DNA from: a virus
Lineage: Duplodnaviria; Caudoviricetes
Virus record (IMG/VR): IMGVR_UViG_3300035491_000281
Direction: 5' to 3' (one strand)
Length of the DNA: 64,000 nt
Under the pieces are notes generated by a model that worked only from the letters and a program-made list of their open reading frames with translations, made no database searches and had not been told where the DNA came from. Below are positions 45,205 through 53,647 of this stretch, piece after piece. The number at the start of each line of letters is the position of its first letter. Position 1 is the first letter of the stretch. Position numbers and translations under genes: made by a program.

Positions 45205-45594
45205 ATGAGCGAGAATGTTATTACCCAGCTGGCACGAGAATACAGGACGATGTTAGAGGCGGCCGAGCGCATCGCCGCCCTGCTGCCCGAAGCAACGCAA
45301 CAAGCTGACGGGCGCGCGGTTGAAGCCTTCATTGACGGGGTGGGTTATGCGCCGGCGGCGTTGGTGGTCCTGGCCCGCACTGAGCTATTGGATGCGTTAA
45401 CCGCGGCCGAAACCATCGCGGCCGTGTTCTACGTCAAGGAGATGGAAGAGATTCAACCACGTGCGCCTTGGCGGGAAAAAGTCGATGAAGGCAAGCCCGT
45501 CCATGGTATCGTCGCCCTGCGCCAAAGTATGCCGAGTCTTACCCTACCCGAGGCGAAGCGGGCGGTGGACCACTACATGAAACACCCGTTCTGA
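45205..45594 (+). CDS. Hypothetical protein with C-terminal ribosomal bL12 CTD-like motif
   Basis: GKPVHGIVALRQSMPSLTLPEAKRAVD vs the K..AIK..R....LGLKEAK..VE pattern. Confidence 0.55.
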   Translation: MSENVITQLAREYRTMLEAAERIAALLPEATQQADGRAVEAFIDGVGYAPAALVVLARTELLDALTAAETIAAVFYVKEMEEIQPRAPWREKVDEGKPVHGIVALRQSMPSLTLPEAKRAVDHYMKHPF

Positions 45595-45705
45595 CGGCAT
45601 AAGCGTGGAGACCCTTCGGGGTCTCCGCCTATGCCCTTTCTTTTTTTCTTTTGGCTGTTGTAGTAAAGTCCCGGGATTTTATAGTCTACGAACCGGAATG
45701 ACACC

Positions 45706-46104
45706 ATGACCGCTTACACACCCAAAGAATCCAGCGAACATAAAGGCTGGTACGAGATCCCCGGCTTCTCGGGTTGTTGCGCCAACCGTAAGGGCGAGAT
45801 TCTCACTAAGAAAACCGGTCACGTGACCAAAGGCGGTAATGCCGGCCGCTACCTGAAGATCAGCGCATACAAGGACGGTAACGACAGCCCTTCGTTGTAC
45901 CACGTCCACGAATTGGTCTGTCGGGCGTTTCACGGCAAACCCAAAGCCGGTCAAGTGGTTCTGCATAAACACAACGACCGCCAGGACAATCGCCCCAGTG
46001 AGTTGCGCTGGGGTACTCAATCCGAAAATATCAAACAAGTCTACACCGACGGCCTACGGCCGAGTAAGGAAGACTTTGATGAACCAATCTGGTTAGGATG
46101 GTGA
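45706..46104 (+). CDS. Free-standing NUMOD4-HNH endonuclease-like protein
   Basis: WYEIPGF...NRKGEI (NUMOD4), HVHELVCRAFHG and VLHKHNDRQDNRPSELRWGTQSEN (HNH_3-like). Confidence 0.8.
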   Translation: MTAYTPKESSEHKGWYEIPGFSGCCANRKGEILTKKTGHVTKGGNAGRYLKISAYKDGNDSPSLYHVHELVCRAFHGKPKAGQVVLHKHNDRQDNRPSELRWGTQSENIKQVYTDGLRPSKEDFDEPIWLGW

Positions 46105-46107
46105 TGA

Positions 46108-46842
46108 ATGCGCACACGGTTTAAACGAGGTAACACCCAAGAGAACAACTCCATGGCTTTACTACCTGGGGAGTTGTCTGTTGACATTCAAAAGAAAGCA
46201 GTCCGGGTCCATGACGGCATCACTCCCGGTGGCTTTGAGGTGGTAGGCGTACGCGCCTTCACCCCCGCCGCGGAGCTCCTTGCCGGCGATGACCAACTGG
46301 GTTGGTACGGTGAGCTAAGTTCGGCTCAATTCATTACCGCTAGCGCTCTGGCCGCGGAGGTAGGTCTGTCCGCTGGGACTGTTATTAACGATGAAGCGAC
46401 CTGGCTAAAGTTCGCTCATTTAGGTAAGACGCTGTTTATCCCTAAACAGCCTCTTATCGGTATATTGAGCTGGCAAGAGCTTGCCGATCTGGCCTTGGTA
46501 TACGGGGACACCGAGATCACCATCGCCGGTCAACGCTATAAGGTGCGTTTGATGACGGGCGGCGACGCCGACCCTGCCGCCGCGTCAGGCGGTGAGTGGA
46601 ATGCCCTATTCTACCCAATATCCGCCGATGCTCGGGTAAATACCTTGCAATGGGCGAGTTATACTCTTGCGGAACTGAACGACAGTGAAACTGCACGCTA
46701 TACCTGGTGTCAGGAAGTCTCTACGAGCAGCACCACTCACCGCGTGCAGCGCGGCGGCGGCGATATAACTATACGTTATGCAAATACCTACACCGCCAAC
46801 GGTTCTAGTTTCTGGCGTCCCGTGTTGGAGCTGATCCCGTAA
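46108..46842 (+). CDS. Virion/receptor-binding-type protein with Mtd_N-like N-terminal domain (paralogue 2)
   Basis: KRGNTQENNSMALLPGELSVDIQKKAVRVHDGITPGG; ends FWRPVLELIP. Confidence 0.7.
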   Translation: MRTRFKRGNTQENNSMALLPGELSVDIQKKAVRVHDGITPGGFEVVGVRAFTPAAELLAGDDQLGWYGELSSAQFITASALAAEVGLSAGTVINDEATWLKFAHLGKTLFIPKQPLIGILSWQELADLALVYGDTEITIAGQRYKVRLMTGGDADPAAASGGEWNALFYPISADARVNTLQWASYTLAELNDSETARYTWCQEVSTSSTTHRVQRGGGDITIRYANTYTANGSSFWRPVLELIP

Positions 46843-46923
46843 CACGGCATAAAGACCCCTCCCCAAACGGGGAGGGGCTTATGTTGTCAGAAGCCTTCGT
46901 AATCGTCACGCATGACTTAGCTC

Positions 46924-47292
46924 CTACATGGGAGTGGTTTCAATACCGGTAGGTCCTTCATCAAAGAAGAATTTCGTATGCGAACCTTCCGGTGCCTGGG
47001 CGCGTATCTTCGCGTGAACCTCGGGGTTGAGCCGTGCGACATCGACATCGATCCCATAGGTATCGGCGAAGGCCTCAAACCAGAGAATGGCCTCGCGTAT
47101 CCCCATCGGGCCCCAATCGAGACCCTTGACCAATTTAACGACCCCGTCTGCCAGCTCGCGCATGATCTTTTCCACCTGGTCGATGCAGGGGGTGTAGACG
47201 AATACCTGCGCGATGCGCTCGCTCTTCGGGAGTTGCAGCTGCTGCTGGATACACTCCAGCACCTTAGTCACTACTGCGTTTTGCTCACTCAT
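46924..47292 (-). CDS. Hypothetical protein
   Basis: TAATG stop/start overlap with dnaB. Confidence 0.65.
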   Translation of the reverse strand: MSEQNAVVTKVLECIQQQLQLPKSERIAQVFVYTPCIDQVEKIMRELADGVVKLVKGLDWGPMGIREAILWFEAFADTYGIDVDVARLNPEVHAKIRAQAPEGSHTKFFFDEGPTGIETTPM

Positions 47293-48830
47293 TACATTGC
47301 CCACCATGCTTCTTCTTGGTCGCTACCCACCACACCACCGCCAGGCATAGCCAGCGTGATCTCGGTGTCCCGATCGATGTCCCAGGGAATGGTCCCGATC
47401 GGTTGGAAGGGTAGAACGACGTATTGGTCTTTTTCCGGCGTGACTGTGTTACGGTGCTTGCCGCGTTGAATCGTCAGGTAGCTGGAGCCATTGATCTTGA
47501 CGATGTGGATAAAGAGTTCCAAGTCAGGTTCCTGACCCAAACGACGACAGCCGTCGTAGTAACCCTTGTTAGCCACCACCTTAACGAAGTCTTCCACATT
47601 TTCCCGGGTCAGCTGTAGAGCGTCAGATGACAACTGATGTGGGCTGATGAAGGTAATCCCGCGCGGAGCGCAGTAGTTACGCATCCGACGAAACAACAGA
47701 CGAATGTCGTCACCGGCTACCTTGGCGTCGATCCCGGATTTGGAGATCATGTTCAGGTAGTCAGTAAAGAGCGCTACCAGCTCGTAGCCGTCAGCATACA
47801 GCCCATCAAGGAATCCGATTAGCGAGGCGACGGTGAACTCCGATGGGTCGAAGCGTTCCATCTTGATCTCAAAGCCGGTTTCCCGCAAGCGCTCGGAGAC
47901 ATAAGTGGCTGCTTCATTAATGTTGACTTCCGAATCGATCACCGCCTCACCGGTGTCGTTCTCTTTCAGGTACTTGTAGATCCACAGCAGGTTATCGGGA
48001 ATCTCGTTCTCGAAGCTGATGAAAAGGAGTAGTGGTCGGCGTGTGGGATCACGCAGGTAAGGCTTGTTGAACAAGGCGCAGTGAGTAAACAGCGAGAGCA
48101 TAAAGCCGGATTTGAAGTTGTGCTGCAAACCCCCGACCAGACCAAACTCACCTCGCTTCAGTGCACCGACTTTTCCCAACGCTCGGTTCAGGCCTTTCCA
48201 GCCCAGACGTAGCGCGCCTTCGGTGGACATGGTGACCTGCACGTCTTTAAAGTGCTGAGCCAGGTTCTCTGGGTCGCTGAAGTCCATGCTCGACATCATC
48301 GCCGGATGCTTCTGGCGCGCCCGTGCTTGGACCAAGGGTTCGAGTTTAGCCCCCATCTCAGTAATTTCTTCAGCGATGTCATGAACCGACTGACGCTTGA
48401 ACACCAGCTTGTGGTGGTACTCCTTCATGATGCCGAGAATCTTCTCGTCATTTAGATGCTGTGACAGATTGGTGCGGTACGACTGGATCATCCGCACGAC
48501 GCTCTTGATGTCCTCATGCTTTTCCATGAGGGCGTTCATCAAGGCTTCGTACAGGTAGTTTTCTTCGCGGCAGGCAACTTGGATCTGTTGCAGGACTTCC
48601 GATTCACTGGGGAAGCCTTCAGCCTGGCGGGTGTTCAACCACATCACGGCGCTGCGCAGCTCCAGGAAGGTCTGGCGGCCATGGTCGTGATCGATCGTGG
48701 ACTCAGGAATCGGCAGGCTGGTGAGGATATTGTTGACCAGCTCGTTAGACGGCGAAGTAGCTACCCCTTCTCGATGCTCCAAACAAAGCAGCGTTGCGCA
48801 GTTGACCAATAATTGTTTGGGAGAGAACAT
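47292..48830 (-). CDS. dnaB: DnaB-like replicative helicase (phiKZ gp118-like)
   Basis: LKRGEFGLVGGLQHNFKSG (Walker A), ISFENE, FTDYLNMI, SPHQLS, IQRGKHR. Confidence 0.9.
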   Translation of the reverse strand: MFSPKQLLVNCATLLCLEHREGVATSPSNELVNNILTSLPIPESTIDHDHGRQTFLELRSAVMWLNTRQAEGFPSESEVLQQIQVACREENYLYEALMNALMEKHEDIKSVVRMIQSYRTNLSQHLNDEKILGIMKEYHHKLVFKRQSVHDIAEEITEMGAKLEPLVQARARQKHPAMMSSMDFSDPENLAQHFKDVQVTMSTEGALRLGWKGLNRALGKVGALKRGEFGLVGGLQHNFKSGFMLSLFTHCALFNKPYLRDPTRRPLLLFISFENEIPDNLLWIYKYLKENDTGEAVIDSEVNINEAATYVSERLRETGFEIKMERFDPSEFTVASLIGFLDGLYADGYELVALFTDYLNMISKSGIDAKVAGDDIRLLFRRMRNYCAPRGITFISPHQLSSDALQLTRENVEDFVKVVANKGYYDGCRRLGQEPDLELFIHIVKINGSSYLTIQRGKHRNTVTPEKDQYVVLPFQPIGTIPWDIDRDTEITLAMPGGGVVGSDQEEAWWAM

Positions 48831-48953
48831 GGGTGTAAATCCTTGATGTGTGTTCTGTGGCGTACCATCAGTTCAATCGGTAGTTTTAGTAGCACTATTT
48901 CTATGAGACTACGACTCTCCTTGGCCTCACTCCATCTTATAGGTGTCTGCACT

Positions 48954-49481
48954 ATGCCAACCCTACACGTGGTTCCGCACGACGTTGCGGCTATGATGGA
49001 AGCCGAGGGCATCTCCCTGAAAGTGTTGGGGGACATCGACCAAATGGCCCGGCTTCTGTCGGCGCATGATATGGCTGACATCCACCTAGCGCTGCAGGGC
49101 TTTTCCTTCAGCTTCGACTCCGAATTGCAGATTGAGCTTGCTCAGTCCCCCCTAACTCGCTTGTCCGCAAGCGAAACACACGAGAGTGTACACTATCGTG
49201 TGAATGAGCGTGTGCAGTCGCAAACTCTGCGGCAGCAAGCTGAAGGTAAAAACTTTACCCCAGTTTACACGCTTAATCCTGTAGACGAGAATCTGTGGGT
49301 CGCAGTGCAGCAGAGGTTGCACAACCAAACCGCCGATCCTAGCCAGCTTCTGCTCTCGTCGAATCAGGCATTCTTCGATGACCTGATCGCGCAAGCACTG
49401 CACTGCCTGCCCTTTGAGCAGGTTTGCAAAACCAACCTCTTCACGTATTACCTAGGTACCCTCCCAGTTAAAGCTGCGTGA
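48954..49481 (+). CDS. Conserved phiKZ-like protein (gp119-like position)
   Basis: ATG 48954 after AGGT; directly upstream of the capsid gene. Confidence 0.65.
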   Translation: MPTLHVVPHDVAAMMEAEGISLKVLGDIDQMARLLSAHDMADIHLALQGFSFSFDSELQIELAQSPLTRLSASETHESVHYRVNERVQSQTLRQQAEGKNFTPVYTLNPVDENLWVAVQQRLHNQTADPSQLLLSSNQAFFDDLIAQALHCLPFEQVCKTNLFTYYLGTLPVKAA

Positions 49482-49542
49482 GTGTATCCAAGATAGTATG
49501 CTGAACAGCAACTGTGTCCATCCTACGTAGGAACATAAGCAA

Positions 49543-51786
49543 ATGGCAAACCTCAAGAAACTCTTCTCTGCTCGTCAGAACGGCATGAAGAAAGACTTCG
49601 AGCTGAACGAGTTCGTCGAGTCGCTCGAAAAGTCTGGCAACATGGTCGGCGGTCCTCTGGCTGTCGCTGGTGATCTGGCCTCCCGTGTCTCCGTCGAATC
49701 CTTCGGCGATCTGGGCACGGAAGAAGCTTCCGCCTGCCAGGACCTCTACAGCGCCATCGAAGGCACTCTGGAGCGTCTGGGCTTCGAATCCTTCAACGCC
49801 ACTCGTGGTGCTGATGGTGCTCGCGTTGGCGAGAACCAGATCCTCGCTGCTACCCTGGCCAACCTGGCCTCCGGCAACGAAGTGCGCTACAAGAAGGCCC
49901 TGCGTGGTATGACTGTGGTTCCGCAGTCCAACAACCCCGACGTGATCGCGTTCCAGCCGATGACCGACGGCCCGCACGGCTCCATGCCGGTTCTGGCTTC
50001 CGGCACTGGCCTGGAAAACTACAACGAGAAGTCCCAGCGCGACTACCGCGTGATTTCCGTTGCCTACAACCTGGCTGCTGCTCGTCAGGACGCGTTCGGT
50101 GAAGCACTGTACCCGACTGTGGTTATCAACCCGACCGAAGGCGGCGTGACTCAGAACCTGACCTACGCAGCCGTCCTGAAGGACGTCTTCCACCAGGTTA
50201 CTGGTGCGCTGTTCGACACCCGCGAAGTCAACATGGTCGAAGCCTTCCGTGACCCGAAGGTCCTGGAAGATGCCAGCACTCAGCTGGTTCCGGTCGTTGA
50301 CGAGCAGGGCAAGAATGCCGACGTCTTCGTCGCTCCGTCCCTGGTTGCTCCGGTCTCCATCGAAATGGAGCGTGGTGGCGTTGTCAAGACTGCCCCGCTG
50401 AAGATCGGCAAGAAGTTCGACCTGATCGGCGCTTCCAACCGTCAGCAGCTGATCGCCGGCAACATGCTGGACCTGTCCGACACCATCGATCCGGCTCTGA
50501 AGCTGAAGGCCATCTACGTCAAGCTGACCAGCGACGACGGTGCCGGCGGTACCGTGAACCACGTCGTCAAGTTCGTGGTCGATCGTCTGCCGACTGCTGT
50601 GTTCCAGCCTTCGCTGACTGGCGACACCCGTCTGGCCCAGCTGCACTTCAACACCGAAGATCTGGTGATGAGCGGCGAGACCAAGGCTGTCGACGGTTCG
50701 CAGAGCACTGCCATGGCCGAACTGGCTACCCGTAACTGGGCCATGCGCCTGTCGGTTGGCGTTTCCGGTTCCGTCTCCCTGTCCAAGGGCGATGCCTGGG
50801 TCAACGCTACTCCGGTCGTGATCGAGAAGATGTTCGACGCTGACGGCACTGCGCTCGACATGGCTGCTGGCGACGCCGCGGCGCTGATCGCTGCGCTGGG
50901 TGAAATGGAAGTGGTCGCTTACGACCTCGACTCCCGCTTCACCAACACCAACCGCCGTGAGCGTGGCCAGCTGGTACAGACCCGTACCCTGCAGTTCCGC
51001 TACCCGGTGCCGATGCACAGCCCGATCACCCTGCCGATGTCCACCATGGACGAAAACGGCCCGGGCGACGTGGTCAAGACCCTGACCGTGGCTACCAACA
51101 TCCGCAACTCGAACAACGCGGTTACCCGCCTGCTGAACTACCTCGCGCAGCTGCGTGAAGTGGTCAACGCTGGTTACGACCGTCCGAAGTTCGGTGCTGT
51201 TGAAGGCGCCCTGTCGGCTCTGATCCGTCCGACCTACCGTTACGCTCAGCTCGATCTGCGCACCACTCTGGATGGCACTCGTTCCGGCGAGCGTTGGGAC
51301 GACGTCACCTCGGCGATCCTCAACACCATCAAGAGCATGCTGTTCCCGGCCTACCGCGACTCGAACATCGAGGCTGCGTTCCAGACCGTGACTGGCAACG
51401 CCGATGAGCGTCCGAAGTTCATCATCGCGACCGACAAGGAAATCGCGAACTACCTGATGATCCAGGGCGACGACCGTACTCTGGGCTCCCAGCTCAAGTA
51501 CGACATCGTGAGCACCAACAACGAGCGCTTCGACGGCAAGATCGTGGTCATCCCGACCCGTGAAAACCCGGTCGAGAACGACATCCTCAACTTCGGTCAG
51601 TTCTACTACGTTCCGACCATCGTTGCGGACATGCCGATCAGCCGCAATGGCCAGACCTCGCGCGAGATCGCTGCCGTGCCGGTGAACCTGCACGTCAACA
51701 ACATCCCGTTCGCGATCGAGATCGACGTCGTCGGCCTCAAGGAAGTCATGGCGACTTCCGTGTTCCTCACCAAGGTTGGTCCGTAA
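49543..51786 (+). CDS. Major capsid protein (phiKZ gp120-like)
   Basis: 747 aa; GLE|NYNEK maturation site, RQDAFGEALYPTVV, TNIRNSNNAV..L, HVNNIP; extreme codon bias. Confidence 0.93.
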   Translation: MANLKKLFSARQNGMKKDFELNEFVESLEKSGNMVGGPLAVAGDLASRVSVESFGDLGTEEASACQDLYSAIEGTLERLGFESFNATRGADGARVGENQILAATLANLASGNEVRYKKALRGMTVVPQSNNPDVIAFQPMTDGPHGSMPVLASGTGLENYNEKSQRDYRVISVAYNLAAARQDAFGEALYPTVVINPTEGGVTQNLTYAAVLKDVFHQVTGALFDTREVNMVEAFRDPKVLEDASTQLVPVVDEQGKNADVFVAPSLVAPVSIEMERGGVVKTAPLKIGKKFDLIGASNRQQLIAGNMLDLSDTIDPALKLKAIYVKLTSDDGAGGTVNHVVKFVVDRLPTAVFQPSLTGDTRLAQLHFNTEDLVMSGETKAVDGSQSTAMAELATRNWAMRLSVGVSGSVSLSKGDAWVNATPVVIEKMFDADGTALDMAAGDAAALIAALGEMEVVAYDLDSRFTNTNRRERGQLVQTRTLQFRYPVPMHSPITLPMSTMDENGPGDVVKTLTVATNIRNSNNAVTRLLNYLAQLREVVNAGYDRPKFGAVEGALSALIRPTYRYAQLDLRTTLDGTRSGERWDDVTSAILNTIKSMLFPAYRDSNIEAAFQTVTGNADERPKFIIATDKEIANYLMIQGDDRTLGSQLKYDIVSTNNERFDGKIVVIPTRENPVENDILNFGQFYYVPTIVADMPISRNGQTSREIAAVPVNLHVNNIPFAIEIDVVGLKEVMATSVFLTKVGP

Positions 51787-51913
51787 GCTTCGCGCCTGCG
51801 GTTGGAACCATAATGGAGGCCTCCCTTCGGGGAGGCCTCTATGCCGTCAACTCGATTAAGTTTGAAATCTACATTATTCATTCGGCCAATCCAGTACTGG
51901 AGTTAACTTTCTT

Positions 51914-52369
51914 ATGTCGTATTTTCGCCAACTAGGGGAAATCCTGCTCGCGGTCGCTCCCGAGCCGGAACCAACCCCAGTAGCCCCAACCGAGGTGACG
52001 GAGCCAGTAGCTCCTGTCCAACCTGAAACAGTAAAAAACGCAGCCGCAACACCGTATGCGGTTGATTGCCGTCTCCCCCCGAAACCATGTCCTTTGAGTG
52101 CCCGTGCCCTGCGCGAGGTTCTGGAGCGGTTACACCTGAGGGAGACCCCTGAAGAAAAACAGCCCAAGCGGGCAGGACGTAACCGTGTGTCCCACACCCC
52201 CTCCTGCCCGCGTGTATCTCGTAACCGGAGCAAACCACGTGGTAAAAAGACATCCCTACAAGCGTTACGGTCGCACGTTCAGGAAGGTGCGCTGAAAGTC
52301 ATCCCGAGTCTCAGCACTGAGTTCATCACCGCTGAGGTCAGGGTAGTCCCTCCCCCCACATTAAGGTAA
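51914..52369 (+). CDS. Hypothetical protein, Pro/Glu-rich N-terminus and basic C-terminus
   Basis: Fills the gap between the capsid hairpin and the next gene. Confidence 0.5.
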   Translation: MSYFRQLGEILLAVAPEPEPTPVAPTEVTEPVAPVQPETVKNAAATPYAVDCRLPPKPCPLSARALREVLERLHLRETPEEKQPKRAGRNRVSHTPSCPRVSRNRSKPRGKKTSLQALRSHVQEGALKVIPSLSTEFITAEVRVVPPPTLR

Positions 52370-52375
52370 TAGCAC

Positions 52376-53593
52376 GTGAGTCGACAACTGGATCACGTCT
52401 TTGCTTCTCTGGTTACCGATGTGGTGCCGAGTCCCGCCCCTGTCCGCGGTCATCAACTACGCAGCAATTTCCGTATGGAGATCAGCAACACCATGAGGGT
52501 TCCGGTGTTCTGGCGCAATGCGTTGGGGATGGTGGTGGTGGAACCGAGCGCTGCATCTACGACTGCAGATGAGTATTTTTACATCACGATCGAGTATGAG
52601 TTCGACCCTGGTGTAAAAATTGACGCGCGTGAGCTATTGAATGAGCTAGATCTGCCGGAAAACCACAGTGAACGTAAAGGTATCTTTTCTGCCCTCGAAG
52701 CTCTGGAGCGTAACCCGCATTGGCATCACCAGCGTACTTTTAGTTACACGCTGGGGATCTCACGGGAACGCCTGGAGCAAGTGGGTGGGGTCGCATACCT
52801 GAATGACGTCGACCTTGTGGTGGGGTTCGAGAAGCATCGCGATGACGCGCTGCATCCGTACTCTCAAAGCGGCCAGCGGGAACGGTTGAGTCAAGGTCTG
52901 GAGAAAGACTCCGGCTTGACCCAGCGTTACTTGCTGGTGGATAATTCTGGCATCTATGGTTCGCGTTGGGTTAATACCGGCTACGACGTGTTTGAATTAC
53001 GTCCAACCGCTGATCCACGCATGCGTGATGGGGTGTACGTCAGTATTTATACCCCGCTGCACAGAGAGCCTAAGACCCATTTCTACGAACTGGCCGATGC
53101 CGAAAAGGCATTGGGTTTATACCGCAATCGTGCCGAGGCAGAAGCCTTCGGCAAACCCGAAACGCGCTTTGCTGCCGAACTCAAACAGATCGAACACGAT
53201 TTGGTATTGCAGAAGGCAGACTTGGCCCGTTTGAAACAGGAGAATGAACGTGAACGCCATGACATGGATCTTGAGAAGCAACGTCAAGACGACTACTTCA
53301 AGGCTGAAGAACAGCGGCGGAAGCGCGAGCAAGACGAGTTAGACGCCGCCCAAAAGCGCCATCAGCAAGAGATGGAGCGGCAGCGTGAGCAGATGCGGAT
53401 GGAACGCGAACGGCTAGAGTTCGAACGTCAGACCTTCTCCGATCGGAAGAAGTTTGAGTACGACAATTTCAGCCGGGAACGTAAAGACCGTTCTGATGCG
53501 TTTAAGGGAGCATTAGAAGTAGGGAAGGCTGTACTGGGCATACTGAGCGTGGGCTTGTCTGTCTACGCTCTGGTTAAGAAAAATCAAAAGTAA
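52376..53593 (+). CDS. Conserved phiKZ-like protein with long charged coiled coil (gp122-like position)
   Basis: E/R/K/Q-rich helix near the C-terminus; synteny. Confidence 0.7.
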   Translation: MSRQLDHVFASLVTDVVPSPAPVRGHQLRSNFRMEISNTMRVPVFWRNALGMVVVEPSAASTTADEYFYITIEYEFDPGVKIDARELLNELDLPENHSERKGIFSALEALERNPHWHHQRTFSYTLGISRERLEQVGGVAYLNDVDLVVGFEKHRDDALHPYSQSGQRERLSQGLEKDSGLTQRYLLVDNSGIYGSRWVNTGYDVFELRPTADPRMRDGVYVSIYTPLHREPKTHFYELADAEKALGLYRNRAEAEAFGKPETRFAAELKQIEHDLVLQKADLARLKQENERERHDMDLEKQRQDDYFKAEEQRRKREQDELDAAQKRHQQEMERQREQMRMERERLEFERQTFSDRKKFEYDNFSRERKDRSDAFKGALEVGKAVLGILSVGLSVYALVKKNQK

Positions 53594-53647
53594 CCACTAC
53601 ACCAAGGGAGAGGGGGTACGCGGTTACTTTCTGCAGGGTCTTCCGTA

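Noticed and set aside
7999-46842. Diversity-generating retroelement acting on the Mtd_N paralogues
   Set aside because: No reverse transcriptase in the window and no template/variable repeat pair differing only at adenines; the rest of the genome could not be examined
49468-51693. 741-aa antisense ORF over the capsid gene (likewise 28025-29227, 30962-32026, 33310-34662, 14299-15387, 55417-56334)
   Set aside because: Shadow ORFs produced by strong GC3 codon bias on the sense strand; no RBS, unnatural composition, fully overlapping recognisable genes
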